Positions 11,663 to 24,967 of a DNA stretch of 64,000 bases are shown here, one piece after another. The notes beneath the pieces were generated by a model. It had not been told where the DNA came from and made no database searches. It was given only the letters and a program-made list of their open reading frames with translations. The position numbers and the translations under genes were made by a program. Position 1 is the stretch's first letter. The number at the start of each line of letters is the position of its first letter. Origin of the DNA: Octopus sinensis (Eukaryota); the NCBI RefSeq assembly GCF_006345805.1, contig NC_042997.1:162874001-162938000 (forward strand). The letters are read 5' to 3'.

Positions 11663-11870
11663 CGGAAGCTTTATGAAAATAAACAAAAGACGAAGGCAGG
11701 TGAAATACAAACAAACAATTGTATTAGTATGGCGCTCAGGAATATAAATAAAACAAGTCTTTTACATTTCGAGCCTACGCTCTTCAACAGAAAGATACAC
11801 AGAAAAGAAACACGGAAAGAAACAAGGAGAGAAAAAAAATGCGTGCAGAAGCTAGCGAATCAACATGGCG
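11661..11870 (-). mobile_element. Short (TA)n-anchored repeat carrying a variant minimal hammerhead; probable Penelope LTR fragment
   Basis: Minus 11758-11795 reads TCTTT CTGTTGA A GAGC-GTAG-GCTC GAAA TG TA AAAGA. Related sequence occurs at 29240-29440 (+) and 36890-36960 (+). Confidence 0.55.
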
Positions 11871-12267
11871 ATATAGACGTATATGTGAATGTGTACGCGT
11901 TTTTAAAAATAGGGAACAGATTACTCTATTTTGCACATTATATTTCCTTTTTCTTTGCTGTTGGGTGACTTTGTATTCAAGGGTTTCCAAATTGAACTGT
12001 ACTGAAACTCGCTATTCGCTGGTTATTTTCAAATGACACACCAAGGTTGTATTAACTGCTGGTAGGGTCATCGTATTTTTCTTACGCAACCAAAATATTA
12101 TACTAAGTATATTAAAAGCTTATAAGTTAATATTCTTTTCTACTCTAGGTAGAAGGCCCGAAATCTTTGGGGGAGGAGGCAGTCGATTAGATTGACTCAG
12201 TACACAACTGGTACTTAATTTATCTACCTCGAAAGGATGAAAAGCAAAGGTTACAGACCGGTGCAGT

Positions 12268-12651
12268 GAAATAGAAATTGACAAAAAGTGGAACCTCAAG
12301 ACTAAAACAATACCTGTTGCCATAGGCGCCTTAGGAATGATAGCAAAAGGGGTTGATTGCTACCTAGCTCAGATACCAGGAAATCCAAAAATGGCAAAAA
12401 TTCATAAGATAGTGCTCATAGGAACTGCTCATATCCTACGGAAAATACTGTCTATGTAATCTCAAATTCTAAAACAATCTTATAATTTTCTTATGTTCTC
12501 TTAAGCATTCTCTAGAACAATACTTTGTGCAAAACCAAATATATGGCACCTTAATGATAACATCAACCTGAACATCTAACCTGTTGTGTTTCGAGGTCTC
12601 TGAGTGAGACTCGGAGCCAACTTGTACAAATACAAAACAAAAGACAAACTT

Positions 12652-12655
<4 letters not shown>
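12268..12655 (+). mobile_element. 5'-truncated R4/Dong-type LINE 3' end
   Basis: Translates EID.KWNLKTKTIPVAIGALGMIAKG..YLAQIPGNPKMAKIHKIVLIGTAHILRKILSM*, paralogous to 13650-13840. Ends in (TAA)n. Confidence 0.88.
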
Positions 12656-12701
<46 letters not shown>

Positions 12702-12702
12702 T

Positions 12703-14047
12703 ATTGACAGAAAAATACGAAAACTGTTGACAATGCATAGAATGCACCACCCTAAGGCAAATACAGAACGACTTTATCTGCCAAGAAAAGAGGGAGGCCG
12801 TGGACTTTTACAACTGGCAATAACAATGAAGATTGCTACAATTGGCCTAGACACCTACCTGAAAAACTCTGAGGACTGGATGTTAAAACTTGTCTCAAAA
12901 CATGAAAACAAGAAAGCATCATACTCAGTAACAAAACAGGCAAAGGAATATCTAAGTGAATTCCGAATGCAACAAATTTCGGAATTAGAGATAGACATAC
13001 AAGAAACAGGCACAGAAAAAGCTAAGCGCATGAAAACCCGTGCTAAATCTGCGGCCTTAGATATTCTGAATGATAAATGGCAAGAAACACCTCTCTATGG
13101 CAAATACCCAAAGAGAGCAAATAATGCAGATGTTGACAAAGCCCTGACCCATCAATGGCTAATGGCCTCTGGCTTAAAATCTGAAACAGAGGTTTATCAT
13201 AGCAGCTCAAGATCAATGCCTACCAACAAGAAACTACCAGGCCAACATATTAAGATCAGAAGCAGTCCAACGTGTCGTGTATGCAAGCAACAAAATGAAA
13301 CCATTGACCATGTGGTCTCCAAGTGCAGTCTTCTAGCGCCTACAGAGTATCTCAACAGGCACGATAGAGCTGCACAATATATTCACTGGGTAATCTGCAA
13401 AAACCTGGATTTGCCCCATGACAAAAAACTGGTGGGAACACAAACCACCCCCAGTGCTTGAAAATGACCACATCTCACTCCTCTGGAACTTCACCATTCA
13501 AACTGACAGAAAGATAGATGCAAATAGGCCAGACATCATATTGAAAGACTTCAAACAAAGAACATGCCTCCTCATTGATATGACTGTCCCAATCGATATA
13601 AACGTATCTGTCAAGACCTACCAAAAACTGAGCAAATATAAAGATCTTGAAATAGAAATCAGCAAAATGTGGAACCTCAAGACTAAAACACAACCTGTTG
13701 TCATAGGTGCCCTGGGAATGATAGCAAAAGGGGCTGATAGCTACCTAACTCAGATACCAGGAAACCCCAAAATGGCAGAAATTCAAAAGATAGTGCTCAT
13801 GGGAACTGCTCATATCCTACGCAAAATACTTTCTATGTAATCTCAAGGTTTAAAACAAACATAATTTTCGGTTTACAAAAAAAAAAAAAAAGTAAACTCT
13901 TTTTAGACATTCATTAGTACACACCCCCCCAATATATGGCACACTAGGCATAACAACAACATGAACTTCCAACCCTGTTGTCTCTTGAGGTCTCTGGGTG
14001 AGACTTGGAGCCAACTTGTACAAATATAAAGCAAAAGTCAAACATAG
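12703..14047 (+). mobile_element. 5'-truncated R4/Dong-type LINE (C-terminal CCHC finger + restriction-like endonuclease)
   Basis: CRVCKQQNETIDHVVSKC..RHD zinc finger and NRPDIILKD..CLLIDMTVP..KY.DL (PD-D/ExK). Frameshifted, and flanked by (TAA)n on both sides, the known Dong target. Confidence 0.92.
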
Positions 14048-14093
14048 AATAATAATAATAATAATGATAATAACGATGATGATGATGATGATA

Positions 14094-14138
<45 letters not shown>

Positions 14139-14183
14139 ATGATGATGATGATAATAATAATAATAATGATGATGATGATGATG

Positions 14184-14243
<60 letters not shown>

Positions 14244-14253
14244 TAATAATAAT
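14048..14253. repeat. Compound (TAA)n/(TGA)n microsatellite
   Basis: Directly visible; forms the tail of the Dong-type element. Confidence 0.95.
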
Positions 14254-14886
14254 CATAAACCTGCAGACAAACGCTGGCTTTAGTTTCGGCAAATGTACCT
14301 CTTCGGTACAGTCTTATTTTTAAAGGAAAAAATGCTTCGTCGTTGTATTGTTCACAAAGTTAAAGTAGAATTAAACGAAATTGTCTATGGTTCAAAAAAA
14401 TATCAGAATTTAATGCAGTTTAAAATAGCGTGTGGAACAGAAAAATACCTAATTCTTAGACTAGGCGGGGAGCAGTTTATCAGAAATTCAAATATCGGTT
14501 TATATATTCGACCTAATTTCGAGAACAATAGGATTTTAACTTTAATGTCAATGTGTTTACATTCTATTCCTGTCGATATCATGGTATCTTCATTTTCAGA
14601 GGTTTTGGACCAACCACATGCAGTTGTGCCCATACACAAAGGGGATTGACCTGAAAAAGGCAAACAGACGAGATCTGATTTCTATCACAAGGAATAAGTA
14701 TTTGAATTTCTAATGAACTGACTCCTGCCTAGGCAAAGAAATAATTATCTTGAACTTCTACACGCTATTTTAGGCTGCACATGACTCACTTGTTGAGCCA
14801 AACAAATCCGTTTTATTGATTTAATTTTTTTACTTTTTGACCTATATAGCTTATTGTATATTTTTCTTTCAAATGTAAAACTGAGT

Positions 14887-14942
<56 letters not shown>

Positions 14943-15179
14943 GTGTGTATGTGTGTGTGTGTATGTGTGTGTGTATGCGTTCTTGTGTGTATGTATGTGT
15001 GATGAGAATGGAATATAATGAAGAATTTCAGCTAAAATACACCATGCTAAACTAAATACGGCATAGACGGGATTCCGAACCAATTCTAAAATTCAAAGAC
15101 ATATATGATCAATTCAAATATTTGCATAATAGAATGGTACAAGGAAAGAAATAGATCTAATAGACCTAATGACCTACTG

Positions 15180-16391
15180 AAATACTTTGAGAAATTGGTT
15201 TTCGGATCAACACCACTGAAACCAACCTTATGGCTGCGATATGTTGATGACATCTTTATACTCTGGTCCTACAATGAAGATAAAGCTAGCCATACAGTTC
15301 ACAATGGAAAAGGACGTACTAATAACACGCATTCCTGGACGTATTAATAACACGCACCAAGTATAGATTCAGGACATCTGTATACCGCAAGCCGACTTTC
15401 GCTGGACGATACCTCAACTTCAATTCCCACCATCCATACTGTGTAAAGAGAGAGATTGGTCAGTGCCTAAAACATCGAGCAAAGAATATAAGTAGCGATC
15501 GTGATACACACCACGAAGAAATGATCAAGCTCAATAACGATCTGTTAAGCAACAACTATCCCAAAAACAGACTATCCACTCCAATTATGAAGAAAAGAGG
15601 GGATGAAACCAATAAACTGTCCACAGTCTGCCTACACTATGTGAAAGGCCTCTCCGAAAAGATACAAAAGATATGCGACCCATATGACATCAGGACAGTA
15701 TTCAAGAGTAATATAACACTTCGCAAATATCTCCTTCGAGTAAAACCACCAATAAAAGTGAATATGACCAAAGTCTACGTGTACTCCATCCTATGCAGCT
15801 GTGGTAGGTAATATAATGGCGAAACATGCCCCCCCCCCACCCCAAAGTAAGGGTAGACGAACATCGCAAAGCTGTGACACGAGGAGATATTAATAAATCG
15901 GGTATAGCTGATCATGTATGGGAAAATGGAGACGACCTCCTCCTGTCGGATGAAGTTAAAATAATAGACAGAGAACACTACTGGAAAATACAAAAACTAA
16001 AAGAAGCAACACATATGCTAGGACACAGCAACCTCCTAAGCAGACCAAATGCAGATATGAATAGCATATGGGAACCGATATTAAGGAAGGATAGGAAAAT
16101 AGATTTACTTCATAATTGCCTACGGGCATATGGCGTAGTGGTTAAGAGCGCGGGCTACTAACCCCAAAATTCAATTCCAGGCAGTGACCTGAAAAATATA
16201 ATAATAATAATAATAATAATAATAACATCGAAAAATACCTTAGGAATGAGAACCCAGGTTCGAAATTTCCCCAAGACACCTGATGAAGGCTGGAGGGTAT
16301 ATCAACCGAAACATTGTGTTAACAGGATAACAACTATTCGTCAAATGTAAATAATGTACATAATTTCTCATCTCTTAGATACAGAACTGTA
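15180..16391 (+). mobile_element. Degenerate Penelope-like element (RT C-terminus + GIY-YIG endonuclease + terminal repeat)
   Basis: RT motif LWLRYVDDIFILW, linker LHYVKGLSEKIQKI, GIY-YIG-like VYSILCSCGR*YNGET..RVDEHRK..KSGIADH..KLKEA. Followed by a tail containing an HHR. Confidence 0.9.
16275..16320 (+). ncRNA. Minimal type-I hammerhead in the Penelope terminal repeat (two substitutions)
   Basis: GACAC CTGATGA A GGCTG-GAGGGTATAT-CAACC GAAA CA TT GTGTT. Stem I is GACAC/GTGTT. Confidence 0.7.
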
Positions 16392-16996
16392 TTCAGTATA
16401 GTATTTGAATCACTTGATTAACCAGAGTTTTTACGCCTTTGATTGAGTTCATAACACGTAATTGTTTTTAACTTACTGAAGAAGGAAAATTGTGTGTGTG
16501 TGTTTGTATATCTGAGTTTGTCTCCTCCCCAACAACGCTTGACAGCTGATGCTGTGCGTTTACGTCCCCGTAACTTAGCGGTTCGGTAAAAGACCGAGAA
16601 AATAAGTACTAGGCTTACAAAAAATATGTCCTGGGGTCATATGGCTGAAACAAGTAAAAGAATAAAAGTACAGAGTGAAAGTATATCAATGAACAGCAAA
16701 AGTTAAAATCTCAACTTGTTCGAATGTAAGATTCTTACATACTCTTCAAAATCTTCGCAAACGGAAACATTTACAAACAATGCAGAAAAAATATACAATT
16801 TTGCAGAAGAGACAACAACGACAATAGTATTTTCATCCCCAACATCACAAGCTCTTACAGGATTCATTTAAAAGTATGCAGTTTCTACATAGATACATAA
16901 AATAATTTTTGTAGACACCACCCAAATACATAAAAATTCTAACTATACAACATTAGCAGTATTGAAAACAAATTCAAGAACAATTCTTAAAGCTTC

Positions 16997-17044
<48 letters not shown>

Positions 17045-17276
17045 ATATAAATCTCAGAGCGAGTTATAAACAGTAGCGGTAACACATCGTGATGCATATA
17101 TGCCATTTGAATATGGCTAACCCATAAGGGTGGATGCTACTGTAGTTTGTAGCCCCAGGAAGATATCTCCTCCAGCTGGCTATAGATACACTATCTGTGT
17201 CCTGTCAGTATTTGTGAAGGGGAGTCATCCTCCCCGTCTATATGTATATATATATATATATATATATTATACATAC

Positions 17277-17327
<51 letters not shown>

Positions 17328-17342
17328 CATATATATATATAC

Positions 17343-17428
<86 letters not shown>

Positions 17429-17429
<1 letters not shown>

Positions 17430-17994
17430 TGGGTTGTCCGGAAAATTCGTGCCGATTTATAGTAGCTTACCTTTCGACTTATTTTAGAACATGGTTAAGT
17501 TCATAAAATAGGATTTGACTACACCCTCATTTAGAGCACAGTTTTAGCTATCTTTTCGTGGAAGAAGATTTATGTTCCTATAACCTGTGTTTATTCTGTA
17601 ACCCTTTAAAATGGAAGATAAGAAAGTTCATTTTTGGTACTTGATGCTTTGGGAACCAGACAAAAATTGCTGCAGCTCGGCTGGGATGTGTTACTCCACC
17701 CTTCATATTCACCAGATATTGCTCTGTCGGATTTCCACTTATTCAGGTCTCTGCAGAATAGTCTTAATGGTAAAAACTTAAATTCCTTGGATGACGTAAA
17801 AAGATACCTTGATGAATTCTTTGCCATGAAACCACCTCAATTCTGGGAAGAGGGTATTTTTAAGTTAAAGGAAAGATGGAGACGCATTGTGCAACAAAAT
17901 GGTTCATATTTGGTTGATTAAAAATGTAATGGCAAGTATTTATTGACCTTTTTCTTTCCTTTAAATATCGACACGAACTTTCCGGACAACCCAA
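17429..17994 (+). mobile_element. Internally deleted mariner transposon
   Basis: TIRs TTGGGTTGTCCGGAAAATTCGTGCCGAT / ATCGACACGAACTTTCCGGACAACCCAA with TA flanks. ORF 17634..17921 contains HPSYSPDIALSDFHLF..L.ERW. Confidence 0.93.
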
Positions 17995-18008
17995 TATATA
18001 TATATATA

Positions 18009-18521
18009 CTAGCAGTATCGCCCGGCGTTGCTCGGGTTTGTAAGGGAAATAACTATATAAGCATTTTTAGAGAGTTACTTCCCTTATAGATGCCAATTTG
18101 GGCTTTCTTAGCCATTTCTGTTTTGGTGTCTTCAAGCCATGAAGTCGTTGTTCTAAAAGAACGCTGGTCTCCTTGACAACGTTTTACGACGTTGATTTCC
18201 TTACACTCCCTTCCCCACAGCTTCACGAGGGAGGGAAGAAGGAGGAGAAGCAAAGAGGTACAGGTGTGACCATGGACGCCAACTCCGCCGCCATCGACAC
18301 ACGAAAAATTATGCATTAAAATGGAATAAAAAATGACGTTAAATTATTGTTAAAATCGTAGACTCATCGTTGACGCGCGCTAATACTCAGACGGGCTCGA
18401 TATGAATCACGACTATAAGATACCCGAATTTGGTTAAACTGCACCGCAAAATGTGGGAGTAGTTAGGAATATAAATCGAAGGGGACAGACACTCACACAA
18501 CTACAGTTTTATATATATCGA
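18009..18521 (-). mobile_element. Non-autonomous Helitron
   Basis: Minus strand starts A|TCGATATATATAAAACTG and ends with hairpin CCCGAGCAACGCCGGG..CTAG|T, giving TC...CTRR termini at an AT site. Confidence 0.8.
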
Positions 18522-18764
18522 TATGATATTCGTTTGCTTGTTTCAGTTATTTGACCGTGACCATGTTGGAGCAACGCCTTGGTATATTTACCATTTATCT
18601 TTTTATATTTTACTTGTCTCAGTCATTAGATTGCGGTCATGCTGGGGCACTGTCGTGAAGAATTTTAGTCAAACCAATCGATCCCTGTACTTATATTTTT
18701 TAAAGCCTAGTACTTATTCTATCGATCTTTTTGGTCGAACCGCTTGATTACATCGACGTAAACA

Positions 18765-18820
<56 letters not shown>

Positions 18821-19129
18821 AAGCATTGGTTATAGAACAAAAATTAGATTTGGGTCAACGACTTTACATACAACACCACCCCTCAAACATTTAATCATAT
18901 ATAAAAACACAATGGTCTACAAACACATAAAAAATTATACATATACATAAAATCACAGAATGTAAATATATATATATTCTAATAAAATACAAATAGAACG
19001 GCTTATCAAAAGTTAAATATAACGACTAAAAATTTCAAAACTATCAAAAGGCCTAATGGAAAAATATAAAATATATATATGTGTCCATCGACTAAATTGA
19101 TTTTATCTTTTTTTTTTGCCCCTTTTTAA

Positions 19130-19358
19130 AGCCTAACCAGGCTCATGGGTCCGGTTTCCCGGTTTCAATGGCGTATGTGTTCCCCAGCTGGACGGAACGC
19201 CAGTCCATCGCAGCGTTACTCATTTTTGCCAGCTGAGTGGACTGGAGCAACGTGAAATGAAGCGTTTTGCTAAAAAAACACAACGCGTCGCCCGGTCCAG
19301 GAATCGAAACCACAATCTTACGATCATGATGCTGACACACTAAGCCACGCGCCTCCAC
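19130..19358 (-). mobile_element. tRNA-derived SINE (family C) with a V-domain-like core
   Basis: Head GTGGAGGCGCGTGGCTTAGTG..GGTTTCGATTCC, core CTGCGATGGACTGGCG. Paralogues at 42049 (+) and 41060-41280 (-). Confidence 0.75.
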
Positions 19359-19542
19359 AAAAAAAATTTATCAGACGATTAAAATATTTTTTGAAAAAAG
19401 TATTTAAAAAATAAATATTTTAAAAATTTTTTATCTTTGTCTCATTTATATTTGAGCACTTCTTTTACAGCCAGCCCTATAAACCTTGTTTCAATAAAAA
19501 GAGACAAATATTATTTCTTGTATATATATATATATATATATA

Positions 19543-19927
19543 GGCGCAGGAGTGGCTGTGTGGTAAGTAGCTTGCTAACCAACCACATGGTTCCGGGTTC
19601 AGTCCCACTGCGTGGCATCTTGGGCAAGTGTCTTCTGCTATAGCCCCGGGCCGACCAATGCCTTGTGAGTGGATTTGGTAGACGGAAACTGAAAGAAGCC
19701 TGTCGTATATATGTATATATATGTGTGTGTGTGTTTGTGTGTCTGTATTTGTCCCCCTAGCGTTTATGTCCCCGTCACTTAGCGGTTCGGCAAAAGAGAC
19801 CGATAGAATAAGTACTGGGCTTACAAAGAATAAGTCCCGGGGTCGATTTGCTCGACTAAAGGCGGTGTTCCAGCATGGCCGCAGTCAAATGACTGAAACA
19901 AGTAAAAGAGTAAAAGAGTAAAGAGTA
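19543..19927 (+). mobile_element. tRNA-derived SINE (family B) with an internal microsatellite
   Basis: GGCGCAGGAGTGGCTGTGTGG..GGTTCAGTCCC head and tail ..GACTGAAACAAGTAAAAGAG. Partial copies at ~10730, 16510, 19963 (-), 21790 (-), 32449, 34130, 43470 (-), 44170, 46535, 47470 and 62930 (-). Confidence 0.85.
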
Positions 19928-19962
<35 letters not shown>

Positions 19963-21554
19963 ACAGGCTTCTTTCAGTTTCAGTCTATCAGATTCACTCA
20001 CGAGGCTTTCATCGGCCCGAGGCTATAGTAGCAGACACTTGCCGAAGGTGCCAGACGGTGGGTCTGAACCATATAATTGGGATAGAAACGTCTTACCACA
20101 CAGCCACGCCTACGCCTGTATGTATATAAATTCATTCCAAATTATACACCGATTTCGCTAGATAGACCCTTTCTATTATAAAGGTATTACAAATGATACA
20201 TAAAAACATTATTGTTATATTTCGGAAGTGTCATGATTGATAAAGCCTATAAACACACTCAATGCTTATTATTTGTCTATATTTCACCTCTTTTTCTTTT
20301 TCTAATGCAGTTGGTGTTTGCTTATTCCCCCTACCCCACCCAATATTTTTCACAATATCGATCCGCAGCCTTTTCAATAGGTGTAAATACTTTCTTTTAA
20401 ATGCTTGATTTTTTAGTTTTCAACGGATTTTGACTGTTGTTATATTTCTATAGAAAGCATATCAGCTAATGACCTTTCTGATTATTATTATGCTTTGCCG
20501 TCGATATCGTTGTTGTTCTGGTTGTTGTTGTTGTTGTTAACATCAGAACATGTGTCTGTGTGTATGTGTGTGTGTTTGCTTGTCTGTGTGTGTGATTGAA
20601 TTGCATGACTTTACTCGTTCTCAGACTAACACTCAATCATTTAAAAGAAAAAAAATACACCCATTCAAAAGGTTACAGACCGGTGCAGTGAAAAATATTA
20701 GCCGTTTTTTGGACTAACTAAAAACCAAACATTTAAAAGAAAAACTATACACCCATTGAAAAGGTTATAGGTCGATAAAAGGAAAAATATTTTGATGGGA
20801 CGTAAACAAAAATAGATTACTTTAGGTAAAAGAACAAAAAATACAATAAAACCAAACACCTGGCGAATGTGTTTATAGACTTTAGGGTTGCGACTCTTCT
20901 CAAATACCAACAATATTGGTTTCATTATCCGGCTCCAGATCAAAATTCTTACACACAAATTCAATATTAAAAAAAAGAAAATTTACAGAAACTGTCGCCA
21001 CTAACCCCTAAGCCCGTTCTAGTTTGCACACTATCACCAAAAATTGGAAAGAAGCAGCAAGTATCGTACTCCGACCGTATCCATCTTGCCACCCTCGCTG
21101 TGGTCACCATCAGAATTTGTGGGTATACAAGAATGGAAAAAAAGAAAAGTAGACTATCAGGCTACATTCCTTACAACTTAGCCCTGCTTGTCGGGTTGTT
21201 GAGTGAAGCCCGTGGACCAGATCGAATCACGAGGAAGTCTCATTGTTCGGTCGACTTTGTTGCGCTATATCGGACTGTTTGAATAGGATTGACTAGGAGA
21301 GGCACAACTACAACAACAACAACAACAACAAGAGCAAAACCCTAAAATTCTACACACCAGATAACTGTCCAGTGTACCCATTTATAAGATAGCCTTGAAC
21401 TCTCCTATATGCATATTTGCGGTAACAATGGATGGGAAAATTTGTACACCAATCTGAAAATCTGACAGTCAAAACCAAAACCACCAAGTAGGCAGAGCAC
21501 TTTAGAGGATATTAGTTCTTTAGAGAACTAATAATATAATAATACAAAAACTAT

Positions 21555-21765
21555 TGGATTGTCCGGAAAGTTCGTGCCGATTTATAGTAGCTTACCTTTC
21601 AACTTATTTTAGAACATGGTTGAATCCATAAAATAGGATTTGACTACACCTCCATTTAGAGCACCGTTTATGCTATCTTTTCGTGGAAGAAGGTTTATGT
21701 TCCTATAACCTGTGTTAATTCTGTAACCCTTTAAAATGGAAGATAAGAAAGTTCCTTTTCGGCAC
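21555..21765 (+). mobile_element. 5' end of a mariner (same family as 17429)
   Basis: TA-TTGGATTGTCCGGAAAGTTCGTGCCGATTTATAG... through ATGGAAGATAAGAAAG matches 17429-17630. Confidence 0.88.
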
Positions 21766-24700
21766 GTTTTTTTTAGAAATTATCATCTTTTACTTGTTTC
21801 TGTCATAGGACTGCAACCATGCTGGAGCACCGTACTGAAGGGTTTAGTCGAACAAATCAACTTAAATACTTATTTGAAAACCGTTATTTATTCCAAAGGT
21901 CACTTTCGCCGAACGTTAAAATGCGGAGACGTTGTTAAACTAACACCGGTTGTCAAGCAGTGGTGCAGGATAAACACAAGCACAAAGAAACACCTCACAC
22001 ATAGATATAAGACTGGCTTCCACACAATTTCCATTTACCAAATTCACTCGTAAAGCATTGGTCTCTCCTTGGGCTGTTGTAGAAAATACTTGTCCAAGAT
22101 GTGTTTTAGTATAGTTATTGTCATCGTCATTGTCATCGCCAATAACAACAACGTTGTATTATTATCGTCGGAACAAAGGGGAAATGCTGGAAATAGCTTA
22201 AATGGATTCTGGTTCTTGTTATATTTTTTGCTTTTAAGAAGTAAACATTGAAAAATTTGCACAAACACACACGCCCATACACACACACAGAGGCACACAC
22301 ACAGGCACACACACACACACACCACACACACACACACATACACACATGCACACACACAGACACGTGCGCGCGCGCAGGTTTTCAGACATATAGTAAACTA
22401 GCTTAAAAGCCGCCATGTGGAGAGCTCTTTATTAGGCCTTAGGACCAACAATGACACTTCATGCATTGAGTACATATTATATTTTCTTAAACTTCAACAA
22501 TATTTTTCAAGCAATGAACATTTTGCATCAAAACAATGATATAATTTGTCGACTTGGAACTTATCGCAAAGCTGCATAATAAACAACAGTACCGCCACCA
22601 TCGCCACCACATCTGCCATACACACACCATTCAGACTTCTGACGCCAGCACCATCATTACTTTTGACTTGGCTGTCTTCCCCTCCACCATCATCACCACC
22701 GCCGCCAACTACAGCTAGTACTATGACTATCACCCCATTACCATCACAAAAAGGCTAAATGTGTGTGTAAAAGAATTCAGTGTTCAGTATGTTCGTTCAG
22801 TATGTTAGTTCAGTATGTTGGTTCAGTGTTCACTCCTTCTTTCTTTCTTTCACATGACCACTCTGTTTTTCTCTCTTACTATCACTTCCACTGCCACCAT
22901 CAACACTACTACTTTTAATAAAACATCCTCAACTCTCCCTTAGATTCTTTTTCTCTCTTTCTCTCCCGCTCTTCCCCCTCTCTCTGTCTTCGCCACCGCC
23001 CTCACCGTCTCTATGCTTATTATTACTCTCACCCCAGCATGTGCAATAGTGATTGAGGGTGTCAAAGTGTGACACATTGACACACAGAAATAAGTTTCCA
23101 CATTTATCATATTCGTAGTCACGTGCCTAAGATGCCTTGCAATCGGATCGAACCTGTTATCTCGTGATTGAGAAGCAAAATTTTTAAACATTCAGCTATA
23201 CTGTATCTCTATACACACTAAAACAGTCGAACTTAAACACACACACATATACACATTTTAACACAAACGCACACATACACACACATTCATACATACGTAC
23301 TATATATTACACGCAAGAATTAGTAAACTACACAGCAAACAATAAAGTATAACAAATAAAAAAAAAGAAAAAAGAAAGAAAGAAGTTTATAAAGATTTTT
23401 CTGGAGTTCGGCTGGCATTCGATTCCACCAATTATTGTTGTCTGAATTCTGATAAAAGCGTGTCGTGTGTCTCTCAAAAATCATTTGCTCTTTTATTGAG
23501 AAGATTTGAGATAGAGAAGGAAGAAAAAAAAAAGGTAAAGAAAAGAAAAAAGTAGATTCTAGCATAACATTGACTTTGTAGGAAAGAATATATAAAAAGA
23601 ATAGAAATAGAATTCGACAGACAGAGAAATACAATTATCACACAATCACCATAGAAATACAATTATCACACTGTTCCCGGTGCTGATTCTGCGATACGAA
23701 TTCAGCATAACAACTACACGACCATCGCTTGTTATGTATCAGTTTTTATTTTTATTTTTTACCCATTTTTATTCCATTAGTTGATTTTTCGTTGTTGTTG
23801 TTGTTGTTTTCTTGTGACGACGAGTGGGAGTATTTATAATACAATGGGATGATAGATACAATGGTTACAGAGTCGGTAAAAATACTTTGTAACATTCGTT
23901 CCGGCTTTTTACGTTCAGCATTCAAATCCCGCCGATGTCAAATTTGCCTTTCATCCTTTCGTGGTCGATAAAATAAAATAACAGTCAAATAGTGAGATGG
24001 ATAATATCAGATCAAATCCGTCTCCCCCCTCTCTCTCTCTCTCCTAACAAAATGAACGGCCTTGTGTTTGAATTTGAAAATATTAACCCCTCAGAACTGG
24101 ACCCCTGGCGGCCTTCGGGCTAAAACATTTTTAAGGATTTAAGGATTTATAGTTGGATACGCAGTTCAAGAGTAACGATTGTAGACAAACTAATGCATAA
24201 AATCGGCAGCATCTTCTTTTTCAATGTATATTATTCATTACGAGAATCCAGCAGAGAAGACATTTAAACTATTCCCGCTATAGCAGGAATCCAGCAAGAT
24301 AGGATTAATGAGGTCTAAAAAATGGCAGCCAGTTAGCAGAATCATTAGAGCATCGGGCACATTTTTGTTCCAGCACTTGTTGAAATCCTATCGAGAACTT
24401 TTCAAACTTTCGGATTCGATAAAACACATAACCAGTCAAGTAGTCGGCAGATAATATCAATTGCCCACCTTCTTCTTCCCCCTTAAAGCTTCGAGTCTTG
24501 TGCCTATTTAAGCGGCTGACTGGCAGTATCGCTAGAGCGTCGGACAAGATACCTTTCGGTATTTTTTCCGGCTCCTTTACTGCAATTCTCACCGTCCCTG
24601 CGGGGTCGATAAAATAAGGTACCTCTCAAGTACTTGATTTAACCGACTAACCTCATTCCCTCGAAAATTACTAGCAAAATCAGTAGAGCATCGGAAAATT

Positions 24701-24967
24701 TCTTTGAGGTATTCGTTCCAGTCCTTTACTTACCGAGTTCAAATCTCAATTGACTAAGTGTGTCTTTCATCCTTCCACGAATGATAAAACACCAATCAAA
24801 TATTGGGAATCGAAGGTATCGACTACCCCATCCCCTTTTACCAAAATTCCTGGCCTTGTGATTAAAGTACAAACCATTATACACTAGCCTTGAGTCTAAA
24901 TCAGACACAATTAGTTTTAGTTTTAAATTAGGCGCAGGAGTGGCTCTGTGATAAGTATCTCGCTTAC

